Origin: an uncultured Nitrososphaeraceae archaeon
GTDB lineage: Archaea; Thermoproteota; Nitrososphaeria; Nitrososphaerales; Nitrososphaeraceae
Reading direction: 5' to 3'
Assembly (NCBI GenBank): GCA_963825865.1
Contig: CAWGVG010000026.1
Span: 215,448 to 279,447 of the forward strand
Length of the DNA stretch: 64,000 nucleotides
The translations under genes were made by a program, and so were the position numbers. The notes beneath the pieces are model-generated. The model ran no database searches. It was not told where the DNA came from and saw nothing but the letters and a program-made list of their open reading frames with translations. Numbering within the stretch: position 1 is the stretch's first letter; every line of letters begins with the position of its first letter. Of this stretch, positions 22,788 to 34,020 are shown piece by piece.

Positions 22788-23714
22788 AATCTTAAGCTTC
22801 GGATTGACCTAATTTCGTTTGCGGTTCATTTCGTCTGATAACAATCTAAAAACGCAATCCTTAAAGCTTGCATACTAGTAAAACCAACTTTAGGATAATA
22901 GCAGAGAGATGAACGGTTCAGTAAAAAAAATCAGGTAATGGTTCCTACAACGTTAATGCAAATGAATTAGGCTGGAATTGCTCATGCCCTGACCATTTGT
23001 ACAGGAGTGTAAAATGCAAGCATAACTACGTTGTAGAATTATCATTTGCAATTAGAAAACAAGTTTGAAATTACAAAGATAGATAGAGCCAAGCGTGTAT
23101 TTTCTGCAAATCGTTTAATATTGTCAGAGAGATGGTGTCAGGCACCTTTTGGTTCTGTTCAGTTAAATCTTGCGTCTGTCTTTATAATCCGTCTACTTGT
23201 GTTTCATTTTTGAGGTCTAATTTTATCACTAGCGATATGATCAGTTTTACCACTATCGAAATTTTATCACTACCCCGCCCCTGTTATGATGGTCATCAAA
23301 AAATATTCTCTGCTAAAAATTTGTACATTGTTTTGTTTGAATATACACATCAATCAAAAAAATAGTTTAAAAACTTTTTGTGAAATTTGCCAAAAATATG
23401 ATGAAAATCATCAATAATATGACTAGGCTAAAAGTAAAACGCAAACTTTGTCGACTTGCTTCTAGGCAAGCCTATGTCTGAATTGGTAAAAAATATTCTT
23501 GACGGAAATGTATATGTCAAGGTGGCTAGTGTAGACTTTCCACTTGGCGAAATGGGAGGAAAGGTCGGTACTCACTCCATAGTGAGGATGAAATACAATA
23601 TAAGCTGAGTGTAGGACACCTCAAACAATATTTTTTCCTTAGACTCACTCAGGCTTTATAGAAGCCCATGGAAGGGAATACAATTGTAAATAGCAAAGAA
23701 TACTAATACCGTGC

Positions 23715-24491
23715 TTAATCTAGACCGCCAGTTCCAGAGCGCATCCGTAACAATATTTTTTCTACTATGTCTTTATTTCTATCCATATAAGCTGGCGACT
23801 CTGCATCTATCCATTCTACGTTCTCACCAATATCATATGAAAAAAGTTTCTCCATATTTGTGATTTGATTCAATATATCATAAGATAAATTAAAGTTAGC
23901 AAATCCTTCTTTTAATCTCATGTGTAAATATTCAAAAATCCTCTTGCTAAATATGTATATGCCAAGTGCTTCTGGTTGTTCGAGTTTTATCCTCTGCTTT
24001 TCCATAAACTCTTTGATTTGAGAGTCATTCAAAATAACTCGAGCCGTTTCCTCGCGTCTGCACTTTCGAACTACAATCATCCCAAAGATTCCTCCACTTT
24101 TCACATTTACCTGATGGTACTTCCGAATCATATCTTCTACCTTCAGTGCGCAGAGGTTATCTGCGAACCATACCAAGAAGCATTCATCTTGTCTAACATA
24201 TTTTTCAACCTTTAGTAATGAGCCGCCAGTTCCGTTCTTTTTATCTTCAACAAATATTATAGATTTACCTATGATAGACTGTTTTCCTTCAAAATAATTA
24301 ATTATCTGTTTGCCAAAACTATCGAAGTTACATACTATGATTATTTCAGTAATTTGGGAAAACTGCGCAAGGTATCTTACGAGATAATCTATTATAGGTC
24401 TTCCATCCAAAGGAAACATAGCCTTAGGAAAATAGTCCGTAAAGGGTCTAGCCCTACTGCCACTCCCTCCTGCCAACAATATTGCCTTCAA
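23715..24491 (-). CDS. Sugar-phosphate nucleotidyltransferase (NTP_transferase family)
   Basis: MKAILLAGGSGSRARPFTDYFPKAM and GTGGSL. Confidence 0.92.
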   Translation of the reverse strand: MKAILLAGGSGSRARPFTDYFPKAMFPLDGRPIIDYLVRYLAQFSQITEIIIVCNFDSFGKQIINYFEGKQSIIGKSIIFVEDKKNGTGGSLLKVEKYVRQDECFLVWFADNLCALKVEDMIRKYHQVNVKSGGIFGMIVVRKCRREETARVILNDSQIKEFMEKQRIKLEQPEALGIYIFSKRIFEYLHMRLKEGFANFNLSYDILNQITNMEKLFSYDIGENVEWIDAESPAYMDRNKDIVEKILLRMRSGTGGLD

Positions 24492-25247
24492 CCTTATTTA
24501 CCTTCTGTTTATCGAAGAAATTAGTAATATATTTTATAATCTCTTATTTGTGGTACTGTATAGCCTTCTCTAGCGAGAAGTATAATTTTAGCTCTACTTT
24601 ATGTCAGGATTATTATCTAGAACATGTCATTGCTGTGGATCGGATATGTTAGGCAGTGTACATTCAGCTGCACGTTTTTCTAAATCAGCCATATCTTTCA
24701 GCAGACCGATTGTAGATCCTTCTGTATCGTGGCCTAAGCCACTTCGAAGGTTATTATAGACAGTCGCTTCGGGTGTATGTTTGATTGCAGTTTCTTTAAA
24801 GGATTGATTCTATGGCTGTGTCAAACTCTTGTCTAAAAGGCATCTGGTTGACCGATGATTGCACTTGTATCTGGTATTTTGTAGCATATTTCCTCACTGC
24901 TCACTTAAAGGCCAAAGATAAGACTAGTATGACCCTTGAACAAATTTGGAATATCAACAAGTAGACAAAAGACAACTTCAAGAAGCCATAAATCAAATGT
25001 AATACAAAACTAAATGTACAATACATTTCTTGTTTTCATATAGCAAATGATAAACCTCTCTCTAAATGCACTTAAAACAAGCATTACATAGTGTCTCCGC
25101 CATTAGATACACATGTGACTATGGCAAACAAATGTTAACACTATTCCATCAAATCACTATTCCGTTAAAAGGAAATAAAGAAGCATAAATATTTAATCTA
25201 ATAAAACGGGGTGATCTGATTTAGCAACAATACACAGAGAGCCTACC

Positions 25248-25451
25248 TTGTTCAAGCAGGTTAATTATTCACTATCTAAACTTATTCAAGATATTGAGAT
25301 CGGAGGACCATTGGTTAACGTGGAAGGGAAGATGATAGGATTAAACATAGCATATATTTCATCTCGTGGAATAGCAATTATAGCAAATAAAGTCAAAACG
25401 ATCTCCGAACAGCTTGCAAAAGATGGGGAGATTAAGATAGCATGCGCCTAG
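25248..25451 (+). pseudogene. Chimeric remnant: DUF262/GmrS-like N-terminus joined to an HtrA/DegP protease fragment
   Basis: MFKQVNYSLSKLIQDIEIG followed by GPLVNVEGKMIGLNIA...GIAIIANKVKTISEQLAKDGEI. Confidence 0.55.
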
Positions 25452-25646
25452 ACGCAAGTGAGATAGTAGTAGCATTCATGGGGCTTGTGTATAACAAAAT
25501 AACTTCTGTAAACTTAACATGGTTAATTCAAAAATTAATAACACAAATCAGTAATAATATTCTACAGTAAAGATGATTCTTACCGGATTCTATAACGATC
25601 GTATAGAACATAGCTATGTATCTAATATCTGATAGATAGTTAGGTT

Positions 25647-26328
25647 TCAGGGAATTGAGCTGATATTTGCAGTGGTAGTGTATTTCTTTGTATGGAAATC
25701 ATCAGTTCCAGGTAAAAATAAATTCCAAGCAGTGCCTGCCCAATATGCATCTTCTAGACTTCTATGGCCACGAAATCCAAAACTATGAAAGCGGTTCGCA
25801 GGAAGTTTTTTACTGTTTAAGTATCTTCTCATATAGAAAGCTTGAGTAGCACATGCAGATGGAAACCATGCATGCAGCAGCATTGCCTCCCACCAAGTCA
25901 CACATTCTCCAACACCCTTCACAGTATTTCTAATCTGACAAAATGGTGTTCCTCTTGGAACCCAATTACCATCAGGGATTGCTTGTATGTTGACAGGCAT
26001 ATAGCCATTTAGGTCGTCAACTATTGTATAGAACAATTCAGATGGAAACCAAACATTCATTTCACTTGCATATTGCTCGGCTTCTCTTACATTATTGCAT
26101 GTTTTCAAAAATATATTCTATAGTCTTGTTAAGACCATAGAGTATCATTGGACTATTTCTATTGTAAATATGAGATACTTCCCAGTCAGTATTTATCTTA
26201 AAATCCTGATGACACAAATTGTAAACATCAGTTAAAATTACTGGGTTTATCCTTTCTAATAGAATATTTGCCGTACCGCTTTTATTCTGCCTCTTTAGAC
26301 ATTTTTTCGATCCCCTATCAAGGTACAA
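25647..26328 (-). pseudogene. Nicotinamide phosphoribosyltransferase (NAMPT/NadV-like) N-terminal half, frameshifted and truncated
   Basis: ILTDVYNLCH, ILYGL, GYMPVNIQAIPDG, WFPSACAT, HSFGFRG and GTDD. It stops at SSIP, where the family continues SIPAxEH. Confidence 0.75.
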
Positions 26329-27628
26329 CGCCTGTATTCTTCATAGGAGTACACTTGTATGAGGTGCGTTCATACGTTTAAATCTAATTGTTCAAATATA
26401 CATCATATATGCATCGCAATGCTAAAGGAAGACCTTTAGTCATTGATCGATACTTATCCAAGGATTCGTTTCTTTGAATATTGTTTGCTTTTCTGTAGTC
26501 ATTATCAATGTTATTTCTCCTACTGCTAGTGTAGATAGCACCGGACACCGTAGTACCATCTTCAATAATTGTTGGAAATATCTGCTCTTCTAACTTTTGG
26601 GTATCACAAGTCAATAGTCTTAGGACATCTTTTATCAGCTTCCAGAGTTCTATTTTATAAACATCGATATCAAGGTCTTGATAGTTTGTAGAATATCCCC
26701 TGTAAACGCGGGGGAGTTGGATATATTTCCTTTATACCGAATTTGTCTACCCCTTTCTGAGAAATCGAGCGTGGGTTCCATCAATAAAGTAAGAATTATT
26801 TAATCTTATTATTTATTGTTGGAAAGTAACGTAAGTAATTAAGGTGCATATATGTAGAAATTGATACGATTAAAATATTATTATATTCCATTTACTTTTC
26901 GACAAGTTTGGAATGTTGCATTCATTAATATCATCATTGTCATCATTTGTAAGACTAATTATATTTGCATACTAACCACTAACTATTATCTGCATGTAGC
27001 TCATTGAATGTATCCCAGTCTTGTGAATTCCAAGCATTATCCAGAGTTATCATTAACTCCTTATTTTTCTCTTGGATGCTTATAGTTGCATTAATCGGCA
27101 TTAAACTAAATAAGGACTTTCGTTAATAACCCAGACACAATTTTTGTAGAAATGGGACGTAGTGGCCTTATACAATGACACCAATAATTTTTTGGGTCCA
27201 GCAAATAATTTTGAGTCAAAGGAGGAGGCACAAGAATACCTACAGTTATACAAGAAGAAATTAAATAATCAGATGGACAAATTTGGGAGGAACAAGGTAT
27301 TTGTTGTTGATGAAGAGAATAAATAATAATAATAATTAGATCTATAGATAGAGTTATACCTCCTCTTTAGACCAGTTAGGATGATTTAGGTTCCAGTTCG
27401 GCTTATACCCTTCTTTTAAAATTGGAAATCGTTCCACATCCTCATAATACGCGATTTCTTCAGCGGTCCAGTCGGACCAGAACGTCCAACTCAATCCTGG
27501 GCAAGCATGTTTGTCTAAGTAATCAGTATCATTTCTATCAAGTGCTTCCTGCCATTTCTTCTCGTATGCACTACACTTCGCACATTACCTAGACTAGATC
27601 TAAAACTGAAGGTGCCCTGATTTAAGAA

Positions 27629-27961
27629 ATGAAAAATAACAACAATCATAACAAAGACAATATGAATAATAATAATATCAATAAGCATCAAAAATCACTG
27701 ATTTGTATATATACAAACAAAGACAAAAATGAATTTGCTATTGGTTTAAAGGATGATGAGCATTTTAGAGCAATGACAAAAGTGGGTGAATTTTATACAA
27801 GATTTGTTGATGTGTTAGAACAGGTACTGAATGATGAAAACGAGGTAGACTGGAAGCAGGCATTAAAGAGATGGATTGCTGCTGCAAAGAAAAATGAATC
27901 GATATTTGTTGAAGTGGATCTAAGTGGATGGAATGAAGTAGGAGAAAGGATGAAAAAATAA
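27629..27961 (+). CDS. Hypothetical protein
   Basis: 110-aa ORF with an Asn-rich N-terminus. Confidence 0.55.
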   Translation: MKNNNNHNKDNMNNNNINKHQKSLICIYTNKDKNEFAIGLKDDEHFRAMTKVGEFYTRFVDVLEQVLNDENEVDWKQALKRWIAAAKKNESIFVEVDLSGWNEVGERMKK

Positions 27962-28098
27962 GAACTGACTCAGATATGTGTTGCAATTAAGCTTCTCTTG
28001 ATCATGCGGGTTTAGCTATCACATCAGATATCAATGCCTGCTAACTAATATAGATTTTGTATTGACTATTTTCTATGCGCTATCACTATTATCATTTA

Positions 28099-28929
28099 TC
28101 ATAATCTAAAAACACTTTTTGTATTCTTAAACATTAGAAGATCATAGGAATCTTGACTAAGTTCAAGTTTTTGAACAAAGCTAAGATAAGAGCTCAGATT
28201 GGAAATAGGCCAATCGCTTCCAAATAATATACGATGTGGCTCACCTACATAATTTAATAGTTCTTTTATTTTATTTATATAATGTATTTCAGCAGATAAT
28301 GTAAAGTTACCAACAATTAGGCCAGAAATATCTGCGTATACATTTCTATTTTTGTATACTATTTCTTGGCAATCCGTTATCCAAGGGTTTCCTAAATGAC
28401 ACATTACTATATTTAATTCAGGATTATCCACTGCAACATCATCTACATTCAAAGGATGAGAATATCTGATCTTAGCTGTATTTGAAAATGCATCTCCAGT
28501 ATGAATCATAAGTGGAGATCCATACTCAACACACATATCATAAACTCTTTGATACCTTTCATCATATGGATAATAATGTTCATATCCACAATAGAGCTTT
28601 ATACCTTTAATAAGACCCTCTTTTAGCCATTTTCTATAATTTTCCAAGTCTTCGTCAGTGTGATTATCAATTGTAAATCCTGCCACAATCCCAAGTTTAT
28701 TTTCTTTATTACCATCATCATATTTCTTTACTATATCAATAATTTGAGATGTAGAGGGTCTGTCCACATCAACTTTGTAAGATGAGAGTATAATGGAATA
28801 ATCAATATTATTATTGTCCATAGATTCAAGTAATGCATTTAACCTCTCTTCTAATGAAAGAAATTTTCTCCCACTCTTTTTAATTTCGTCGTAATTATTG
28901 AGGTGAACATGGCAATCTGAAATTGGCAT
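28099..28929 (-). CDS. Amidohydrolase_2-family TIM-barrel metallohydrolase
   Basis: DCHVH, GIKLY, MIHTG, MCHLGNPW, YADISG and LFGSDWP. Confidence 0.92.
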   Translation of the reverse strand: MPISDCHVHLNNYDEIKKSGRKFLSLEERLNALLESMDNNNIDYSIILSSYKVDVDRPSTSQIIDIVKKYDDGNKENKLGIVAGFTIDNHTDEDLENYRKWLKEGLIKGIKLYCGYEHYYPYDERYQRVYDMCVEYGSPLMIHTGDAFSNTAKIRYSHPLNVDDVAVDNPELNIVMCHLGNPWITDCQEIVYKNRNVYADISGLIVGNFTLSAEIHYINKIKELLNYVGEPHRILFGSDWPISNLSSYLSFVQKLELSQDSYDLLMFKNTKSVFRL

Positions 28930-30174
28930 GTCAACTACCCACCACTAAAGTATGTGGGCTTGTAACTACCGAAAAAGGAGGTGCTACAATAGGCTGATTG
29001 ACTGCAGCCCTAGCCTTGGCAGCAATATTCTTTGCTACAACATAGTCCGCCATTTCCTTATAGCCACATTGAAGGCATTCAAATTCATTCCTTGATTTTC
29101 TGTTTCTCTGATCTATGTATTCGCATTCAGGGCATTGCCTTGAAGTGTTCTTAGAACTTACAATCTTCAATCGGACACCTTCATTCTTTGCCTTGTACGT
29201 TACAAAGTTCCTCAATTCTCCAAAGCTCCATTTTGAATGCCTGTCTCTTTTGCTACCTTTGAAGTTAACAGTTGTCCTAGAGCTTGTGCGTATGTTTGTC
29301 AAGTCTTCCATCCCTATAGCCCTAGCTGTGCCTTTAGCCTTTGAGACAATGGCCTTTGATATAACGTGGTTAGCATCTTTCTTGAATCTTCGTTCCTTAC
29401 CTGATAATTTCTTTAACTTTCTCTTTGCTGATTTAGTCCCTACCTTCTGCAATTCCTTTCGTAATTCAGAGTACCTTTTCCTTGATTTCTCAACTTTCTT
29501 GCTTTCAAATACCTGCCGATCTGAATCTACTGCTATATTCTCAATTCCTAGATCTATACCCAAAACACCTACTGGATCGTATTCATTTGATTTCTCAGGT
29601 GCATCAACAACTACAATTAGGTAGAAAATTCCATTTCTATAAATTAAATCAGATTGCCCTTTTACCCTGTCAAACCTTGATTTCTGGTACTCGCCTATCC
29701 TGGTTGCAAGTTTGATCCTTCCCTTCTGCAATGTCATTATTGATACTTTGTCAATTCCTATTTTGGAATTGCGCTGATCGTATTGGATTGCTCCAAGTTC
29801 TCTAAAATTGGGCTTGGTTGTTTTATCTCTTTTGTATGCCTCTACAACCTTCCCCATTATCCTAACAGCGAACTGGGAACTCAGGTTAAACTTCTCTCTT
29901 ATCTCTCTATATACTTCCTTATGCAGTTTGTATTTGTTAGTTAACTTTAAGAAAAATGCTTGTTCAGCAACAAAATTGCATGCTTCATTGTATTTTCTCA
30001 TAGTCTCTAGCAAAGTGATTTTATCTTCTTCTGAAGTTTCAAGCCTGATCGTTAGGGATTGAAGCAAGTATAATATTGGGAATATCTATCAATAACCCAG
30101 TATTTAGCTTTTATCATAGTCTGGAATTCCTCCCACTTCTAAAGAAATGTGGGTTTCCTTCCCGACAATCTTCA
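28930..30174 (-). mobile_element. Non-autonomous IS200/IS605-family (IS1341-type, TnpB-only) element
   Basis: Similar subterminal hairpins on the minus strand: LE GAAA-cccacatttctttagaagtggg and RE CAAG-cccacatactttagtggtggg-tagtTGAC. The left flank is TTCAT. Confidence 0.9.
28931..30067 (-). CDS. tnpB: RNA-guided endonuclease TnpB
   Basis: RuvC-I GIDLG, RuvC-II MEDL, zinc finger CPEC/CLQC and RuvC-III ADYVVAKNI; intact 378-aa frame. Confidence 0.95.
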   Translation of the reverse strand: MLQSLTIRLETSEEDKITLLETMRKYNEACNFVAEQAFFLKLTNKYKLHKEVYREIREKFNLSSQFAVRIMGKVVEAYKRDKTTKPNFRELGAIQYDQRNSKIGIDKVSIMTLQKGRIKLATRIGEYQKSRFDRVKGQSDLIYRNGIFYLIVVVDAPEKSNEYDPVGVLGIDLGIENIAVDSDRQVFESKKVEKSRKRYSELRKELQKVGTKSAKRKLKKLSGKERRFKKDANHVISKAIVSKAKGTARAIGMEDLTNIRTSSRTTVNFKGSKRDRHSKWSFGELRNFVTYKAKNEGVRLKIVSSKNTSRQCPECEYIDQRNRKSRNEFECLQCGYKEMADYVVAKNIAAKARAAVNQPIVAPPFSVVTSPHTLVVGS

Positions 30175-30195
30175 ATGAAATATCTCTAATAATTA

Positions 30196-30867
30196 CTACA
30201 AAATCCTGTACTTTGGATTTATCCATTCTATAAAACTAGCATAATTTAAGGAATGTTTATCATAAAGATAATTAGGAAGTACCTTAATGAATTTGAAGTC
30301 ATTTTTTAATTGAAACGATAGAACTGGATCTTTAAGCTTTCTATTTACTACTTTTTTTGCATATTCTTGAGCTGACATTATTTTTGAATATTTATAATAA
30401 TCATACAATCGTCCTCCAGCTATTATTCTCCTTAAATTCAGCCTTATCGCTAAATTCTTTCTTACATTATACAGCATTGTTGCAATCCCTTTACAGCGAA
30501 ATTCTGGATGTATAGAAATATCAGCACCATATAGACTATCTGCATTTGGATCATGATTTGTAAATAATCCCTGCCCAGTAATATCATACCATGTATGCTC
30601 TGCATAGTCAGGATTTAAAGAAACTATTAGGCTGCTTGCTGAACCAACTATTCTTTCATTAACTTCAGCACAAAACTGACCTTCTGGGAATACGCAAATA
30701 TGACTTTGAAGGAAAGATGATGGCCATATCATTCCATATGCTGCCATGTCTGGAAACGATGCTTTTTGCAGCTCGACTACTTTAGAAATGTCTATTTTAG
30801 TTATGTTTCTTATTACGATGTCAGTTATAGCGTTTTTTACTTTACAATCAATATCTAAATCTCACAT
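30196..30867 (-). CDS. GNAT N-acetyltransferase (YkwB-like); codon 2 reads TGA
   Basis: FPEGQF, SLYGADISIHP, AGGRL and DPVLSFQL. The frame is open to ATG-TGA-GAT at 30867, while the paralogue starts MSD. Confidence 0.85.
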
Positions 30868-31075
30868 TTGCAATTTAACTTGATTGTTATTTATTAATTG
30901 TTATTTTAGGTTCTGTATAGTTAGTCAAATATCGCAGCCATAAGAAGCAAAAGTATGACGTCAGTGATGAAATTTGAATATTTCTGAAGACAAGAAGACT
31001 TATGTATCTTTGATAAAATAGATAATACAAGCTTATATTCTGCAGGGTGGATAAAAATATGCATACATAAAGTAT

Positions 31076-31755
31076 ATGTCAGATTCATTACATCCGCGTG
31101 ATCTAGGAGTGATCATCAGAAACACACATTCTGAAGATATTCCTAAAATAGTAGATTTACAAAAAGAATCATTTCCGTATCTTGCTCGTTATGGAAATAT
31201 ATGGCATCCAGAGGAGCTTGAAAGTCATCTTCGCATTTTTCCACAAGGACAATTCGTTGCTGTTGAACCAGATGGTATGGTAGTTGGTTCTGCAAGTACT
31301 CTGATAGTGTCACTTAACCCAGAATATGCAGAACACACATGGAAAGAGATTACTCAGATGGTATGTTTAGAAACCATAATCCTAATGGAGACAGCCTTTA
31401 TGGTGCAGATATATCTACACATCCAAAACACAGACATGAAGGGATAGGAGGCATGTTTTATGATGTAAGAAAGGAATTAGTTATGAAATTGAATCTTAGA
31501 AGAATGATAGGTGGAGGAAGGTTATTTAATTATTGTGAATATGCAAACAAGATGTCTCCACTAGAATATGCACAGAAAGCGGTTAGAAGGGAATTAAGGG
31601 ATCCTGTTTTGTCATTTGAGTTAGAGAATGGATTTAAATTTATTAGAATTCTTCCAAATTACTTAGATGATGTTCGTTCTCTAAATTATGCTAGTTTTAT
31701 AGAATGGTTAAATCCAAGACACCATCAATCAAAACCCATAGACAGTGGTTTGTGA
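31076..31755 (+). CDS. GNAT N-acetyltransferase (YkwB-like), divergent paralogue, frameshift near 31352
   Basis: FPQGQF, VGSASTLIVSLNPEYAEHTW, SLYGADISTHP, GGGRL, DPVLSF and SLNYASFIEW. Confidence 0.88.
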
Positions 31756-32223
31756 GCAATTTTTGACTAAATTTTAAGGTCCAGAGAGAATATTACTATT
31801 ATTTATAGCGCTCTCTACAATGGCATAAATAAACCTAAGAATACCTTCGAGTTTGAAAACACGCTAACACCAAGACTTGGCCAGCTTATGTATATATCGA
31901 GTTCTAGTTTTATGACACTATCACAAATATTTGCTTGAATGAGTTAGATGTGCCACTTCCTTTTTTCTGAAAGTATAATATCCTTAATTTCTTTGTTGTC
32001 TATTAGTTTATCTATAACCTTAGCACAATCTTCCATATGGATTTTATCATCTGTTTCAATAACATCAATCAAGCAAACTAGGATAACTCAAACCTCAACT
32101 TAAGAACCAATCTTAGACAGACAATATTGTCTATCTTTTTACTCACTCATTCTTTTCTTATAAATGGCAGGATTTTGTTTAGAATTATAAACTCATGATT
32201 TGCTTCTATATTAAACGATATCA

Positions 32224-32766
32224 TCAGAATATTAGCAGTCCCCTTGTTGATGTTATCTGACTCTTCATGATATCATCATGATGAGACTCATCTAAAAATG
32301 CGGATAATACTTTATATTTAGCGTCTTCATTTTTATAGATAAAGGCAATATGTTCACCTGCTGATATTTCATGAACAAATTGGGTTATTTCATCATAACA
32401 AATCTTTTTTATAATATCTCTTATCCCAATATCAGGATTTAGAATGTCTTGTTCGGTAATTTCTGAGCCTGATAATGCTGCTATAGCCTCTATTAACATT
32501 TCTTTTTTAAGATGTCTTAGAATTATCTTTGCACCATAACTTGATATCTTATATAATGACTTTTCAAACATGTCATAATTTGTTGTTAATTCTTCTTCTG
32601 ACAATCCATAGGAAGAAGCTAAATGATTCAATATAACTACAGTAGCGGATTGACCAAACAAACTTTCAAAAGATTTTTTGATTGATTCTGAAACTATATG
32701 TTCGACTTTGGAAGGAACTGGAGTGTATCCTAACTTGTATAAAACTGTTAGACAATCGGAATTCAT
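32224..32766 (-). pseudogene. MEDS-like sensory protein, C-terminally truncated paralogue of 33057-34020
   Basis: ELTTNYDMFEKSL and HIAFIYKNEDAKYKVLSAF align with the neighbouring gene. Confidence 0.6.
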
Positions 32767-33056
32767 ATTTGTCTATCTTTTACTTTTTTTGCTTATTAAT
32801 ATAAGCTTAATCACTAAACCTTCTAAATGCCGCATTTATCAAAAGAATTTCAAAAAATACAATAACCGCAACATATGATATAACAAGATAATTCAAATTT
32901 GCTTACGTCCTGTAAGTCTTGTTAGCACTATACGAACTGACTTTTTGGTGACAGTGGTAGCAAGGCGATTCTACTAAATTCGTGTAAATAACACTACTCT
33001 CTATTTATCTATCTAATAGTCAAATAGTATTTCCGCTGTAAATTTTGTTTAATATC

Positions 33057-34020
33057 CTACCCTGGGGCTCCATACACTATAAACGGTTCGTCAAGAATAA
33101 CATAGCCATGGGTAGCAATCATTGCGTCTATGGTTCCATTATTATCAATCTTTTTGTTAGTATCTTCTGAAATATTATATCCGCAAAGAACAGACATATT
33201 GTCTTGTATATGTCTGCCTATTGTTTTTTCAAATCCCATATAATGACGAGCAAAACCATTTCTCGTCCACCATGTTACATCCTCGCTTGCAATCCTGGTT
33301 CCATTATTATTTGCGCTATTTAACCATAATTTACATACTGAACGCAATTTGGTTACCCAATCAGCTAGTTTCGTTGCTACTACTTCGTCCTCTTGAGATT
33401 CCTGTAAAAGCTCTTCATATAATATACTATCGTCAACATATCTAAGAATGTAACTAAGATCATTACTAGACTTTTTAGATAATAAAAGACCTTTTGGAGC
33501 CTTATTATTTATCTTTGCATCAAAGAATGCAGTTAATATCTTGTTTTTAGAACTTTCATTTCTATATAAAAATGCAATATGTTTATGTGAGGGATTTTCA
33601 TGAATAAATGCTAGTGTTTCAGCTGCACGAATAGGTTTTAGAATATCACCTATTGTGAGTCGTGGATTGCGAATCTCGCCTGCTTGCAATAGTTGAATCT
33701 ATTATTGCAGCGTGTGCTAGGATTTCCTTTTTAATACTAGTAAGAATAGTATTTCCAGTCTTACCCAATATACTGTTCAATGACTTTTCAAATAATTCAT
33801 AGTTTGTTAGTAACTCGTATTCTGATATATTATAAAGCGAACACATATTATGCAATATGGCTTTAGAATATGATTTTCCAATTTGTTCAAGACATTTTTT
33901 TGTGGTGTCAGAAATAATTTGTTCAGCTTTAGAAGATATATGGCAGATACCCTAACTTGTCTAGAATGTTTGAATACCGCTGAAAATGCCGTTCGCTATT
34001 AAGGTAGTCGTCGTCATCAT
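33057..34020 (-). CDS. MEDS-like sensory protein with N-terminal helical domain (indels near 33950 and 33685; start approximate)
   Basis: HIAFLYRNE, RIASED, FEKTIG, SVLCGY and HGYVIL. Confidence 0.65.

Noticed and set aside
23545-23570. GAGGAAAGGTC as the RNase P RNA signature, or a hammerhead ribozyme
   Set aside because: It is not an exact GAGGAAAGUCC, no matching 3' P4 strand is visible, and there is no CUGANGA/GAAA core.
29115-30062. Plus-strand ORFs over tnpB, and similar antisense ORFs over gap, the kinases, cdc48 and TIGR01777
   Set aside because: These are shadow frames of well-supported genes, with no motifs of their own.
28931-30067. Nuclease-dead TnpB repressor (TldR-like) or Cas12f
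   Set aside because: The RuvC D-E-D residues are intact, both IS ends are present and there is no CRISPR array.
30862-30867. In-frame TGA at codon 2 of the GNAT as selenocysteine or readthrough
   Set aside because: It aligns with Ser in the paralogue (MSD). A TCA-to-TGA substitution or error suffices, and I saw no SECIS-like evidence.
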